A stretch of DNA of 64,000 bases from Octopus sinensis (GCF_006345805.1 NC_043010.1:10788001-10852000); one strand, 5' to 3'. Shown: positions 11,811 to 25,562, numbered from the stretch's first letter. Numbers and translations are program-made. The notes: generated from the letters alone by a model not told the origin.

Positions 11811-11992
11811 CTCCACCATCACCACCAAAACCACTACTACTACTACTACTACTATTACTACTTTTGCTGCTGCCAACAGCAGTTTCCATTCATTATCATA
11901 ATCATCATCATCATCATCATCATCTATCACCATATATCATCATCTCTATTGTCATCATCATCATCACCACCACCATCATCATCATCATCCAC
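11285..11992. repeat. (CTA)n/(CCA)n compound array with a ~45-55-bp higher-order unit, then (CAT)n
   Basis: Unit ccaccacctccaccatcacca(c/t)aaaaccac(tac)n repeated roughly 8 times. Confidence 0.9.
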
Positions 11993-12961
11993 ATTACGCA
12001 CTAAGGCAGCTCTATATGGTTTTCTTGACCTGCTAGGAATAGCAACCAAATGTCTCTCTCAAAAAAAAAGGCACACTTTAATGACTTTCCCCAACACCAC
12101 CACCACTACCATCAAAAGAAACAAGAAAACAATGACATCAGATAACGTTGTTGTAAATGTACATAAATTCAAGCTGGTCAGTCAAGGCTGGAATGCCTTT
12201 GATCATATACGTGCTCCATCTTGCTTGACTGATGTGGATGGCTAAGTAACAACGGCAACAACAACATCTATAACAACATCTACTTTAATAACAACAACAA
12301 CAAATACATCAGCAACTGCAAACAATGACAAGAAGATGAACAATTTTTTTGTTATTTATCTTTGTCGAAAAGATGATACAAGAAGGCCGGCCCACTAAGA
12401 AACACAACCTGGGAACATTAAATAAAAAAAAAAAGGGTCCATCAAAATTAAACCTTAATCTTGTATTATTTCTTATAGCATCATATTTCAATTTGTGTAT
12501 CTTTATTATTATTCAATAGCTGATGTCCTCCTCTCACACTGCTACTGGACATATCTTTATAATTAAATTATATTTTAAAGCTAATAAATGGGAGGGATGG
12601 TGAAAACAAGAGAAAAAATGGAGCTTTTAATATCTAGTTTGTCTTTGATTTCTGGCAAAAACATATTAGAGAAAAATAATGGTTTGTTTATTGTTTGTTT
12701 CTTAAGTGCAACCAAAATATATTCTCCTCTTTTTTTTTATCATGGGTGTTGGTGTTATTATCATCATCATCATCATCATCATCGTCATCGTCATTATTAT
12801 TATTTTTATTATTATGATGATTATTATTATTGTTGTTGTCGTTGTTATACTTTTAATTTATACCAAACTATTAGCTTGATAGATTTGTGTTAATATCTGA
12901 CTACACATATCTCGAGAATGAAGAACAAAAAAACAAAATAGCAAAGCAAAATAGTAGTAGC

Positions 12962-13020
<59 letters not shown>

Positions 13021-13252
13021 GGAGGGTAATAATGACTGCAATAGTAGTAGCAATAATGGCAGAACCATTATCATCCGTAGTAAATTTTCCTTGCTTTTAT
13101 GTTCTTTTATACTAACAAAAAACAAACACCAAAAGTAAAGAGAATCATTATGGATTGTAATTTATCAGAGAGCTCAACTTACACGCAGACAGACACAACA
13201 CTTAGTTTGTTTTGTTTTGTTTTTTTACCTCTAGAATCTCACTTCCCAATTA

Positions 13253-13540
13253 GACATACACACATACACACACAGACATGCACACATACAAACATAAATA
13301 CATACACACACACACATATATATATATACACATACACAGGCATGCATACATACAGACATAAATATGTATATATATACACACATACACACTCAGACATGCA
13401 CACACACAAACATAAATACATACATACATATATATATATATATAAATATATATACACACACATACATATATATATATATACACACATGCACAGGCATGCA
13501 TACATACAGACATATATTATATATGTATATACACACACAT

Positions 13541-13571
<31 letters not shown>

Positions 13572-13582
13572 CACACACACAT

Positions 13583-13628
<46 letters not shown>

Positions 13629-13735
13629 CACACATGCACAGGCATGCATACATACAGACATATATTATATATGTATATGTATATATATACACACACATAC
13701 TCAGGCATATACTGCCACACATGTACAGACACAAA
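13253..13735. repeat. (CA)/(TA) microsatellite with recurring cacatgcacaggcatgcatacatacagaca unit
   Basis: Visible repeat. Confidence 0.9.
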
Positions 13736-14084
13736 ACTAGGAGCCATTATGCAAGCAATAACGATGCCACCTCACAAAATCTCTTTTACATGACAGTTTC
13801 AATCTGAAGATAGGCAGAAAAGAAAACTCGGAACATTATTTATGTAAGATGATCACATTTACTCCAACGAAAACACATCACAGATGAAACTCAATTTCTG
13901 CCAAAATTATGTTTATTTTTTTTTTATTTTAGAGTATTTTATATAGATTTTTTTTTTGCTTGTTTGTTTGTTTGTTAGTTCCATGATTTATATATATTGT
14001 TCTTTGTAACAACAGCAAGCAACATGTCCATTTTGACAATTTTTTCCCCCTTTACTTATAGCCATTACTGTTATATCTCACTTC

Positions 14085-14163
14085 AATATTATTATTATTA
14101 TCATCATCATCATCATCATCATCACTGCCATCATCTTCTTTGTCGTTGCTGTCATTGTTGTTG

Positions 14164-14230
<67 letters not shown>

Positions 14231-14265
14231 CAACATCATTATCATTATCATTATTATTCTTATTA

Positions 14266-14309
<44 letters not shown>

Positions 14310-14413
14310 TATTATTATATTATTATCAACATCATTATCATTATTATTATTATTATCATTATCATTATTATTATTATTATATTATTATTATTATTATTAT
14401 TATTATTATCAAC

Positions 14414-14466
<53 letters not shown>

Positions 14467-14528
14467 CATCATCATCATCATCATCATCACTGCCATCATC
14501 TTCTTTGTCGTTGCTGTCATTATTGTTG

Positions 14529-14563
<35 letters not shown>

Positions 14564-14582
14564 TATTATTATTATTATTAAT
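14085..14582. repeat. (TAT)n/(CAT)n array containing a duplicated ~65-bp non-repeat spacer
   Basis: catcactgccatcatcttctttgtcgttgctgtcatt occurs near 14120 and 14485. Confidence 0.9.
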
Positions 14583-15209
14583 CATTATCTGGAGAATTTG
14601 TGGAGGATATTTGGAAAAATATTAAAAGCAAATTCATTTATTTTCTCTCTTACTTTCTAAACGTGACTAAACATTACTTCATCTGTGTATTTAAAGATGT
14701 TATTATTGGTTGCTTTTTTTTATTTTTTTAGTTTGTTTTGTTTTGAAATATGTTTTTCTTTATTTTTTAGATATTTTGATTGTTATTATTTTTTTTTTCT
14801 TCTTCAGTTTGTTTTCCAACTTATTTGTGATGTTCGGTTAATAAACAACAATCTCAGGCAACCTGGAATGCACACTCTTTGCATTCATGTGTGCTTCAAA
14901 TGCAAATGCACTAAAGAACCTATATATATATATATATATGTTTATATACACATGTATATATTTATACATTTACATAAGTTCATGTATGTGAATAAATACA
15001 TATATACATATATATATATATATACATATATAAGACATGCATATATGCATATATATATATTCATACATACCTATATTCATATATATATATACATATATAC
15101 ATATATATATACATACATATACATGTATGTATTTACATATATACATATTTACATCATACATATATGCATATATATATTCTCATACATACACACATACACA
15201 CACACACAT

Positions 15210-15249
<40 letters not shown>

Positions 15250-15356
15250 TGATAGATAGATAGATTGATAGATAGATAAATAGATAGATAGATATATAGA
15301 TAGATTGATAGATAGATAGATAGATTGATAGATAGATAGATAGATAGATAGATAGT

Positions 15357-15391
<35 letters not shown>

Positions 15392-15392
15392 G
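15210..15392. repeat. (GATA)n tetranucleotide microsatellite
   Basis: Visible repeat. Confidence 0.95.
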
Positions 15393-15961
15393 TGCATCTT
15401 TATGTATGTTAAGAAAAATTTATAGGAGGACGCTTAGTACGACATACAGAATGAAAATTACTGATAAAGTCATTACAGAATATTCCAACACCATTTTTCA
15501 GTCATGCAGCCAATTGTTTTAATAGCCTTCTGCTATACTTATTAACCCTTTTGATACAAGAAACTGTCTTCACAATAACTCAGCTTGTGTTAATTTTTTT
15601 TTTATCTGTACAGTGACTTCCTTAAAAGTATTCATACCAAAATTCAAATAGTTCATAAAAAGTTTTTGACAGAACTATTAGTTGTCGTTTCATTTACCAG
15701 TTTTATATTCAAAATAAGGAAAAAAAATTTTTAAGTATCTTCAAATTCTTGGATTATTTACAAAATTAATTTATGCAGATAAACAACAATATTTATTTTG
15801 AATTACGGTCATAGAAAAGTTGATGTCGGCTTATGAATTTATGATTAATAGGACTGCAAGCTATTTCTTAATTTCTTAAACAACAATAAACTTAACTTCA
15901 TTCCAAACATTGCTACACGAATCATTTTAACTTAGATGTTCATATCTGATATTACACTTAC

Positions 15962-15998
<37 letters not shown>

Positions 15999-16396
15999 CA
16001 TTATATATATATACATACATATATAGATATACATACATTATATATATATATATATATTAGATATATATATATATATATATTATATACCCTTACATATATA
16101 TATATGGGTGTATCCTGTATGTCTGATATATGCGGTATGTATATATGTATAATATATATATATATCTATATATATATATACATATATATATATGCATACA
16201 TATACATATATACATATATATATACATGCATATATATATATATATGTGGGTGTGTGTGCATGTATGTATGTATATGGTAGTAGTAAGGGGTTTCTCCAAA
16301 AGTTTACCGGTTTGATCACAGTTAGTATATAGGACATTAAAGGTAATGTTAATGCTACTTCATAATAATCTTTATTATTATACATATATATACATT

Positions 16397-16428
<32 letters not shown>

Positions 16429-16880
16429 TATTAATTCATACATATATATCATATACAATCATATATATACAGATATATATTCATATATATATATATATAT
16501 ATATATATAGATATATATAGATATATTATACATATATACACACACATAAAATATATGTACACACACACGCTCTCATATACACATACATATGTGCATATGT
16601 ATGTATTTCATCCTGATCATTATCAGTGTTTTAATGTCCACACTCCCATGCTTGCATGAATCAGATGAAATTTATCAAGGCAGATTTTCTATGGCTGGGT
16701 GCTCTTTCTGTTACCAACCCTCACCTGTACACAAGCAAACAAAGCTTTATTTTCCTCTAAGCTGGTTATGTTTAAATGGAAGTTTGCAAATATATGGGAT
16801 GTCAAGACAAGGAGAAACACATATATTCCAGGTGGTATCAAAAGGTTCCTGGACTAGTTCCCAACAGATGGCAGCATACT

Positions 16881-17335
16881 CTGCCATATTCTGTACGCCT
16901 TACTTCCCTGGGCATTGAAACTCCGACTTGGCAGACACCCATACAACCATCTTACAAACAATAACTCTGAGCATCTTTTCAAACTCTACCTATCTAACAC
17001 CCATGTACATATTTACAAAGTCATAAAACAGCACAGCTCCCATGACTTTCAGAAACATTTTTTCACACTAAGAGTTGCTGAAGCATGGAACAAATTGCCG
17101 GCATCAGTTGTTAGTTGTCAGAGCATTGCATCCTTCAAAACTTCCATGCTTTCTGAGATACGCCAACACTACACCTGATTTTCTCCCCTCCACACACACA
17201 CAAGCATGTATCTGACTCATACACTGTTCGCTTTCCAGACATTTGTACATTACTGCATATGCTTTATATGCACTTTTGACAAGTTGTAGTGCACCTGAGC
17301 ACTGTATACAATAATTTCATTATTATTTTTATTAT
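16881..17335 (+). mobile_element. CR1-group LINE 3' fragment
   Basis: Encodes KQHSSHDFQKHFFTLRVAEAWNKLPASVV; 3' UTR gttgtagtgcacctgagcactgt and (att)n tail; homologous to 22680-23252. Confidence 0.85.
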
Positions 17336-17414
17336 ATATACAGCGGCATGCACTCTAAGAGCAAGCAGTGAGCTTCATGCGGCAGTGTGCTGGGTGATAT
17401 ACTCTCTCTCTCAT

Positions 17415-17592
17415 TACTCTTTTACTTGTTTCAGTCATTTGACTGCGGCCATGCTGGAGCACCGCCTTTAGTCGAGCAAATTGACCCCGGGACTTATTCT
17501 TTTTGTAAGCCCAGTACTTATTCTATCAGTCTCTTTTACCGAACCGCTAAGTGACAGGGATGTAAACACACAAGCATCGGTTGTCAAGCAAT
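17415..17592 (-). mobile_element. SINE family A, 3' half
   Basis: Reverse-complement tail sequence. Confidence 0.85.
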
Positions 17593-17984
17593 GTGTCAAT
17601 CATTGTGTTTACTCCACAAGTTGTGAAATTTGTTTTTTTTGCTATCATGTGAATGCTGTAGTCTGTGATTTTATCATGGACAGGAAGTTGGAACAAAGAG
17701 CCGAAGTGAAATTTTGCATTAAACTTGGGGAAGTCTGCTACAGAGACACTCAGCATGCTTCAGAAAGCTTATGGTGATGAGGCAATGGATCATATGCAAT
17801 GTTTTGAGTGGCACGGGCACTTCAAAGATGTTGTCGAGATCCAGAGCAAGTTGCAGAAGGTTCTCGACTCACTCATGGTAATTGACTCCCAGGTCAAATT
17901 CCAAAAGTGACTAGAATATTAGGACCGGTGTACTGCTGTGGAAGATGACTATTTCGAAAGAAATGATGTTGAAACTTAGGTAAA

Positions 17985-18392
17985 TAGGCGCAGGAGTGGC
18001 TGTGTGGTAAGTAGCTTGCTAACCAACCACATGGTTCCGGGTTCAGTCCCACTGCGTGGCACCTTGGGGAAGTGTCTTCTACTATAGCCTCAGGCTGACC
18101 AAAGCCTTGTGAGTGGATTTGGTAGACGGAAACTGAAAGAAACCTGTCGTATATATGTATATATATGTGTGCGTGTATTTATGTGTGTCTGTTTTTGTCA
18201 CCCTAGCATTGCTTGACAACCGATGCTGGTGTGTTTATGTCCCCATCACTTAGCGGTTTGACAAAAGAGACCGATAGAATAAGTACTGGGCTTACAAAGA
18301 ATAAGTCCTGGGGTCGAGTTGCTCGATTAAAAAGGTGGTGCTCCAGCATGGCCGCAGTCAAATGACTGAAACTAGTAAAAGAGAGTAAAGAG
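17985..18392 (+). mobile_element. SINE family A
   Basis: Full copy from taggcgcaggagtggctgtgtgg. Confidence 0.92.
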
Positions 18393-18784
18393 AGAGAAGC
18401 TTTACTACTTTTCTAACAGAAAAAAAAAAAATCTATATTAAATATACAAATACATCACTCATAATAAAAATCATATCAACATATCAGGATATGAAATAAA
18501 CCAGAATTTGTCATTATATAATTTTCAATTCCAGCATTGTTCATTTTATCAGATTTAAAATTATTCCTAAAACCTTTTATGGCTTACTACACCATTGCGA
18601 CGATAAATTTTGATAATGAGATTGTGAAAGACTTAAAGTGTCTGCAAAATGTCTGGCTAATATTTAGGAACATGATTGTCTCTAACTAAACATAAAGGAC
18701 TAATATAAAAAATATGAAAGATCCTTCATAAAAAAATGTCAAACTTGAGTATAATCATGGTTTTAACATGAACATGGCATGCAC

Positions 18785-19024
18785 ACTAACACAGACACAC
18801 ACACACACACACGAACAAATATGCATGCACACATATGTATGTGTGCATACATATATACATGCATATATACATACATGTATATATGTATGTATGTATGTAT
18901 GTGTGTATGTATGTAGTGTGTGTATGTATGTATGTATGTATGTATGGATGGATGGATGGATGGATGTGTGTGTGTGTGTATGTATGTATGTGTGTATGTA
19001 TGTATGTATGCATGTATGTATGTA

Positions 19025-19058
<34 letters not shown>

Positions 19059-19120
19059 ATGTATGTATGTATGTGCGTATGTATGTATGTATGTATGTGT
19101 GTGTATGTATGTATGTAGTA

Positions 19121-19155
<35 letters not shown>

Positions 19156-19180
19156 ATGTATGTATGTATGTATGTATGTA

Positions 19181-19214
<34 letters not shown>

Positions 19215-19370
19215 ATGTATGTATGTATGTGCGTATGTATGTATGTATGTATGTGTGTGTGTATGTATGTGTGTAAGTATGTATGTATGTATGCATGTAT
19301 GTGTGTGTGTATGTATGTATGCATGGATAGATGCATGCATGCATGCATGAATGTATGTATGATTGTATGT
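18785..19370. repeat. (TATG)n/(TG)n compound microsatellite
   Basis: Visible repeat. Confidence 0.95.
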
Positions 19371-19837
19371 ATAACCTTTATCTTCTTTCTCTTCTGATTA
19401 TTTCAGTTTTTGGACAGTGGTTTGTGACAATGCTGAAAGCACCAATTTGAAAAGCTTGCTCCCATGCTGGATATCAAACCCAGAAATAGCAGCCAAATCT
19501 ATCTCATATCATTTTAGAAAATCACTCATTAATTAATGTATACTTGGATACAGTCCACTGAGTAAAAATATGTAATGTTCACTGCTGAGATGGTTTTGAC
19601 CACAATTCTGCTCAGTCAGACCAGTGTGGTTGACATTGTCGTGGTGGTGGTAACAACATTAATAACAGCAGCCATATTTCATCTGCCAGGTATTGGTCAA
19701 CCAAAAGCTTTAGTAGAAGGTACTTGCTGAAAATGCAATGTAGTGAGAACAAACAGAACCATGTGGCTGTGAAATAAATTCCTTAGCCACTCATTCATGC
19801 GTGTGGTTGTGTTTTAAACACTACTCTAATCCACTTA

Positions 19838-19990
19838 AGGCAGTGGTCAGGCAGAATTGTCAGTAGGGTGGGTGAAATGCTTGGTAATATTCCATCCGTC
19901 TTCAAGTTCTGAGTTCAAATTCTGCTGGGGTTAACTTTGCCTTTCATCCTTTCAGGGTCAATAAAACAAGTCACAGTTGAGCACTAGGGT
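19838..19990 (+). mobile_element. SINE family C, old fragment
   Basis: aaggcagtggtcaggcagaa...ttctgagttcaaattctgctggggttaactttgcctttcatcc. Confidence 0.7.
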
Positions 19991-20158
19991 CACCATTGGA
20001 TTAACTATTAAGCCAAATAACCATGTGCTTAGGGCATCAAAGGACGTGGGGGCACCACAAAAATGGTAAATGGTGAGAACAAATACAGTACCCTCTACTA
20101 AAGCTTTTGGTTGACCAATACCTGGCAGGTGAAATATGGTTGCTGTTATTAATGCTGT

Positions 20159-20395
20159 TAAGGCAGTGGACTGGCAGAAATGTTAACATGCCGGACAAAA
20201 TGTTTAGTGGTATTTTGTCTGCCGTTAAGTTCTGAGTTCAAATTCTGCCGAGGTCGACTTTGCCTTTCATCCTTTCTGGGTCAATTAAATAAGTACCAGT
20301 TACACACTGGGGGTTGATATAATCGACTTAATCCGTTTGTCTGTCCTTGTTTGTCCCGTCTGTGTTTAGTCTCTTGTGGGCAGTAAAGAAATAAG
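20159..20395 (+). mobile_element. SINE family C
   Basis: ggcagtggactggcagaa...gaggtcgactttgcctttcatcc...gtgggcagtaaagaaataag. Confidence 0.85.
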
Positions 20396-21273
20396 AAATG
20401 GTAAATGGTTTATGGCACAAAAGAAATCACTTTAAACTTGCTAAAATAATATTCCAAGTGTTCATAGAGAGGATTTGATCAAAGAATTTGCAATTTAAAA
20501 AAAGGAGAAAACCTTTCAAATATAAATAAAGTGGAACTATACAAAAATAAACATTATTTTCCATCTTACTGTTAGTGTTTTCTTGTTTTGAAAAATAAAA
20601 ATATATTTTATGGCTACTATTGTTTATATATTGAATTACATATATAAGGGGGAATCAAAATCTCTAACGTGCTTAGGGCCTTTATGGGTCTTAAACTTGC
20701 CCTGACTGGGGTGGGTGTAATTGATTTATCCCCTCCTCCAAAATTACTAGCCTTGTACCAATCTTTCAAACCAATAATCTAATCCACTTTATTTTAGAAT
20801 TGTGTGCATAGTTTCATGGCGCCTATTATATTCAACAAATATTATCATAATAATCATCTGAATCATTGACGAAATTTTATTAAAATTATCTTGAAAGATC
20901 AGTGTATATTCCTGCATTAACAAATTTGTTTAGAAATTAAACTCATCTGAAATATTATATCTATTATTGTTAGAAGAAGAGAAATATTCATATTATATTA
21001 GAGTCTATAGAGAAAGACACACTTTGTTGGAAAGTATTCTGCAATCCAAGAATATGTGTATGTCTAGTCAGAAAGCTGCATCCTAATTACTAAACTTTCA
21101 TTAATGAGCTGTTCTGGTAATTAACTTTAAATTTGGTAAAGTAGCGGGCAAATTACTTCAATGCAAATTATTGCAAATCATTTTGGTTCAGCATAGTGCT
21201 GTGCGGAAGTAAAAGGATAAATCTTTATTTGAATAATTAGAAGCCGCTGCGGATGCATTTGTTGTTGTTGGTA

Positions 21274-21811
21274 ATGATGATGATGATGATGATGATGATA
21301 CTGAGGAGGCGGAGAAGGAGGAAGAGGAGGATTTTTATGATGACAATGATGATAATGATCATTGTCATCATTATCATCATCATCATCGTCATCAGTGTCA
21401 ATATCATTATAATCACGATCATTGATTGCAGCATCAGTAGTGTCATTATCAACATCATCATCATCAGTAGCAGCAGCAGCAGCCACATTCTCATCATCAT
21501 CATCATCATCACCATCAAGATCATCGTTATTGTCATCACTGTCACTAATTAATTGATAAACTTTTGCAGCCACTGTCAATCTTTACATGTTCAAGATTAT
21601 CATTACAGCATCCTTACTGGCACACTGGCCAGCTTCTGCTAATATTACTGTCCTCATTTCATAATCATCATCCTCATCCTCATCCTCATCATCATCATCA
21701 TCATCATCATCCTCATCATCATCATCATCATCATCGTCATCATCATCGTCATCATCATCCTCATCATCATCATCATCATCATCCTCATCATTGTCATCAT
21801 CATCAACAACA

Positions 21812-21855
<44 letters not shown>

Positions 21856-22055
21856 GTCGTCGTCATCATCATCATCATCGTCGTCGTCGTCATCGTCGTC
21901 GTCATCATCATCATCACCATCACCATCACCATCATCGTCATCATCATCACCATCATCATCACAATCATCATCACCATCACCATCATCATCATCGTCATCA
22001 TCATCATTGTAGTCGCCGTCGTTGTCATTTGTCGTCGCCATCACCACCACCACCA
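21274..22055. repeat. (GAT)n then (CAT)n/(CGT)n trinucleotide arrays
   Basis: Visible repeat. Confidence 0.95.
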
Positions 22056-22327
22056 ACATCAGTCCCCAGAAAAAAGGACGTTAGCTTCTATGACACATTT
22101 TGTATGACAGGCACAGCATCAATAAACTATCTTGAGAATTTTAGTTTCAAAGCCTTTCTAGATTACACATTTTCCTCAACGAAGAGTGCTCTCCTTGGTC
22201 AACATGCTCTAAATTATGCAAACATTAAATTCACAGATACCTGTTCATTAGCTAAAAAACAGTGAAGATTATAAGAGTTTCCGAACCATCACAGTCTGAA
22301 AAATTTTGTGTTGTACCTCACCATGTC

Positions 22328-22655
22328 TCAGTGGTTAGAGCATTGGGCTCACAGTCATGAGATAGTGAGTTCGATTCCCAGGCCAGGAGGTATGTTGTGT
22401 TCCTGTGCATGACGCTTTATTTCACATTTCTCCAGTTCACTCAGCTGTAAAAATGAGTTGTGACAAGCTACATCGGCCTTTGCCTTTCCCTTGGATAACA
22501 TCAGATTCATGGAGTGGGGAAACTGATATGGATGGGTGAATGCTGAACTCCCATAAACCACCTTGCCTGAATTTGCACCTCAGAGGGGAACTTTCTAGAT
22601 ACAATCCCATGGTCATTCATGTCCGAAGGGGGTTTTTACTCTTTACCTTACCATA
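22328..22655 (+). mobile_element. tRNA-derived SINE (family F), degenerate
   Basis: cagtggttagagcattgggctc...gagttcgattccc head, then cactcagctgtaaaaatgagt core. Confidence 0.7.
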
Positions 22656-22679
22656 AATTTGTTTATTACCTTTAGATAG

Positions 22680-23252
22680 CAAGACTTTTGTTAGCCGCTC
22701 TCCAGCCATCTATTTAAAACTGTATACAGCTATGGTACGACCACACTTGGAATTCGCATCATCAGTTTGGAATCCCTATCTTGCTCAGAACATTGACCTC
22801 CTGGAATCTGTCCAGAGACGTGCAACCAAACGCATACCCTCCATCAGACACCTACCATATTCTGAGCGCCTTGTTTCCCTGGGCATGGATTCGCTGAAGC
22901 TCCGGCGTCTGGCGACGGACTTGGTAAACACCCACAAGGTTATCAACCACCTCACCAACAACAACACTGAACACCTTTTTGATCTCCATGTGTCTAACAC
23001 ACGTGGACATGCCTACAAAGTCAGAAAACAGCACAGCTCCCATGACTTTCGGAAACATTTTTTCACGCTCAGGGTTGCTGAAGCGTGGAATAAACTGCCT
23101 GCATCAGTTGTTGACTGCCATGACACTGCATCCTTTAAGGCCCTCAAGCTTCCCGAATTCCGTCGAAACTACACCTGATTATATATACACTTTAGATGAG
23201 TTGTAGTGCACCTGAGCACTGTACACAATTATTATTATTATTATTATTATTA
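22680..23252 (+). mobile_element. CR1-group LINE, 5'-truncated (RT C-terminus plus 3' UTR)
   Basis: ORF 22732-23178 MVRPHLEFASSVWNPY...HFFTLRVAEAWNKLP, a typical CR1-group ORF2 end; (att)n tail. Confidence 0.9.
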
Positions 23253-23551
23253 TAATTCTATGAGCAGAATTACAGGTAGTCTTGTATACATCTTATAGCT
23301 GGAATTCTGTTACTATTGTAATGATAGTGTAAGCAATGTTATTAAACAATATCCACAAATTATGCTATGTTCTTCACCGGATATGAAGTAACAAATTTTG
23401 TACAAGAGACATTTTTAATCATGCCATTATGTGATTGATTTAAATTGTGTGTAACTAATGAAGAATGTCTGTGTATTTGGCTTCATAGAACAAAATTAAA
23501 ATATATTAAAAGTAAAAATAAGAATAATATATATATATGTGTGTTTGTGTG

Positions 23552-23619
<68 letters not shown>

Positions 23620-23790
23620 TAATACTAGCAATAAAGGGTTTAGCAACGAATTGCCTTACCACATACCGATTTAGAAATAGCAGTCAAAGAGTTATAGCTA
23701 TTTCTTCTACAAAAAGGGAGATCTCAGTAAAAACAGCAATTGGAGGCAGACACAAACAGGTATATATATAGGCGTGTATATATATATATA

Positions 23791-24214
23791 TAGGCGTAGG
23801 AGTGGCTGTGTGGTAAGTAGCTTGCTTATGAACCACATGGTTCTGGGTTCAGTCCCACTACGTGGCACATTGGGCAAGTGTCTTCTACTATAGCCTCGGG
23901 CCAACCAAAGCCTTGTGAGTGGATTTGGTAGACGGGAACTGAAAGAAGCCCATCGTATATATATGTATATATATATATAATATATGTGTGTGTGCATGTT
24001 TGTCTGTGTTTGTCCCCCCAACATCGCTTGACAACCGATGCTGGTGTGTTTATGTCCCCGTAACTTAGCGGTTCGGCAAAAAAGAGACCGATAAAATAAG
24101 TACTAGGCTTACAAAGGATAAGTCCTGGGGTCGATTTGATCGACTAAAGGCGGTGCTCCAGCATGGCCACAGTCACAAGACTGAAACAAGTAAAAGAGTA
24201 TAAGAGTAAAAGAG
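23791..24214 (+). mobile_element. SINE family A
   Basis: Full copy. Confidence 0.92.
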
Positions 24215-24770
24215 TATATGTATATGTATATATGTAGGTATACACACACATACACACACACACACAAGAGATGAATACAACATTTTGGCAGATTGATTCA
24301 AAGAGCCTTTGCCTGATGTTCAATGTAACGCCTTTTAAACCTGTTGCATGTCATTTTATCTCAAGAAGATTACTTCCAACATGACATTTCTATCTTTGGT
24401 TTACTCCAGTACCAAGGTCATGCCCCCACCTGACTCTTTTGTGAACAATGATTGATTTTTTTATCCCTTCTGGGGATGTTCTCTCCAACTGGAATTCACA
24501 GCTGATTCCTTTTTCTAATTCCTTCATTTCTTCTTTCAATTGACTCCCATCCCACATAGATGCATATGTACTCACACCACTCAGCTCATCTACTCCTCTA
24601 CTCATCTTCTAATGCACACATACTACTGTGTCCAAGCATATATACATACGTATATATATATATATGCATGTATATATATACGTCTATATTTATATATATG
24701 TATATACATATATACACATGCAGATATATATATAAATACACACATATACATAAGCACACATATATACATC

Positions 24771-24910
24771 TATGGCTGTGTGGTTAGGGAGCTTGCTTCC
24801 TAACTACATGGTTTCGGGTTCAGTCCCACTGCATGGCACTTTGGGTAGGTGTCTTCTGCTTTAGCCCCGAGCCGACCGAAGCTTTCTGATTGAATTCGGT
24901 AGGCGGAAGT
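24771..24910 (+). mobile_element. SINE family A head fragment
   Basis: ggctgtgtggtt...ggttcagtcccactgc. Confidence 0.75.
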
Positions 24911-25053
24911 TACTGCCGTGTGTGTATGTGTGCGTATAGCTGCTCAGTGCCTCTCTGAAAGAGAGAGAGAGAGGGATATCCATATATATACATATACACA
25001 CACATATATATATATATTATATATATATACACATATATATATATACACACACA

Positions 25054-25180
25054 TATATATATATATATATGGCCTGCTCGCTTAGCCAGCGGGGTGGCGT
25101 CATTCGAAGGCTAAAACAATGCAAACGCATTGTGACCAGCGATGTGTAACAACATCTGATGGTCTGGTCAGTCACGTGAT

Positions 25181-25186
<6 letters not shown>
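25054..25186 (-). mobile_element. Short TA-flanked repeat of unknown class
   Basis: GC-richer 130-bp segment (ggcctgctcgcttagccagcgggg...gtcacgtgatcacgtga) embedded in (TA)n; ends in the palindrome tcacgtgatcacgtga. Confidence 0.35.
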
Positions 25187-25230
<44 letters not shown>

Positions 25231-25291
25231 GTATGTATATACACACAGACATACACACACACATATATATATGCATATTATTTATATACAG

Positions 25292-25339
<48 letters not shown>

Positions 25340-25340
<1 letters not shown>

Positions 25341-25562
25341 AATACCAGCGTAGGCACATAAATGTGAAACAAGGTGGGAAGAAAATGGTACTCGAATACC
25401 AAAGGTAGAGTAATATGCTTTATTAAAAAGCAGCAGAAATATTACAAAAACTGTTACTCAGAGTTTCATGTTCCTGTTTGTCAGAAAAATTGTCCTATGA
25501 ACAGGAACGTGAAACTCTGAGTAACAGTTTTTGTAATATTTTTGCTGCTTTTTAATAAAGTA
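25340..25562. mobile_element. Penelope-like fold-back fragment (family P2) with two degenerate hammerhead motifs
   Basis: 143-bp hairpin 25418-25560; each arm carries ctg-ac(g/a)a-acaggaac(g/a)t-gaaa-ctctgag-ta-acag; homologous to 33675-33895. Confidence 0.6.

Larger units (their letters stand above)
16825..17980 (+). mobile_element. Internally deleted mariner relic interrupted by CR1 and SINE insertions
   Basis: TIR-like ccaggtggtatcaaaaggttcctggact at ~16828. Body 17593-17980 encodes MDRKLEQRAEVKFCIKLG/KSATETLSMLQKAYGDEAM..CFEWH and ends with the typical EDDYFE motif. Confidence 0.75.

Noticed and set aside
10289-12004. Poly-Thr/His/Pro/Val ORFs of up to 244 aa resembling mucins or extensins
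   Set aside because: Open in several frames and on both strands because trinucleotide repeats lack stops; no supporting splice context.
21564-22265. His-rich and Asp-rich ORFs
   Set aside because: (CAT)n/(GAT)n repeat artefacts.
24390-24605. Protein-like 71-aa minus-strand ORF
   Set aside because: No motif recognised and no splice signals; could be a chance ORF or an old TE remnant.
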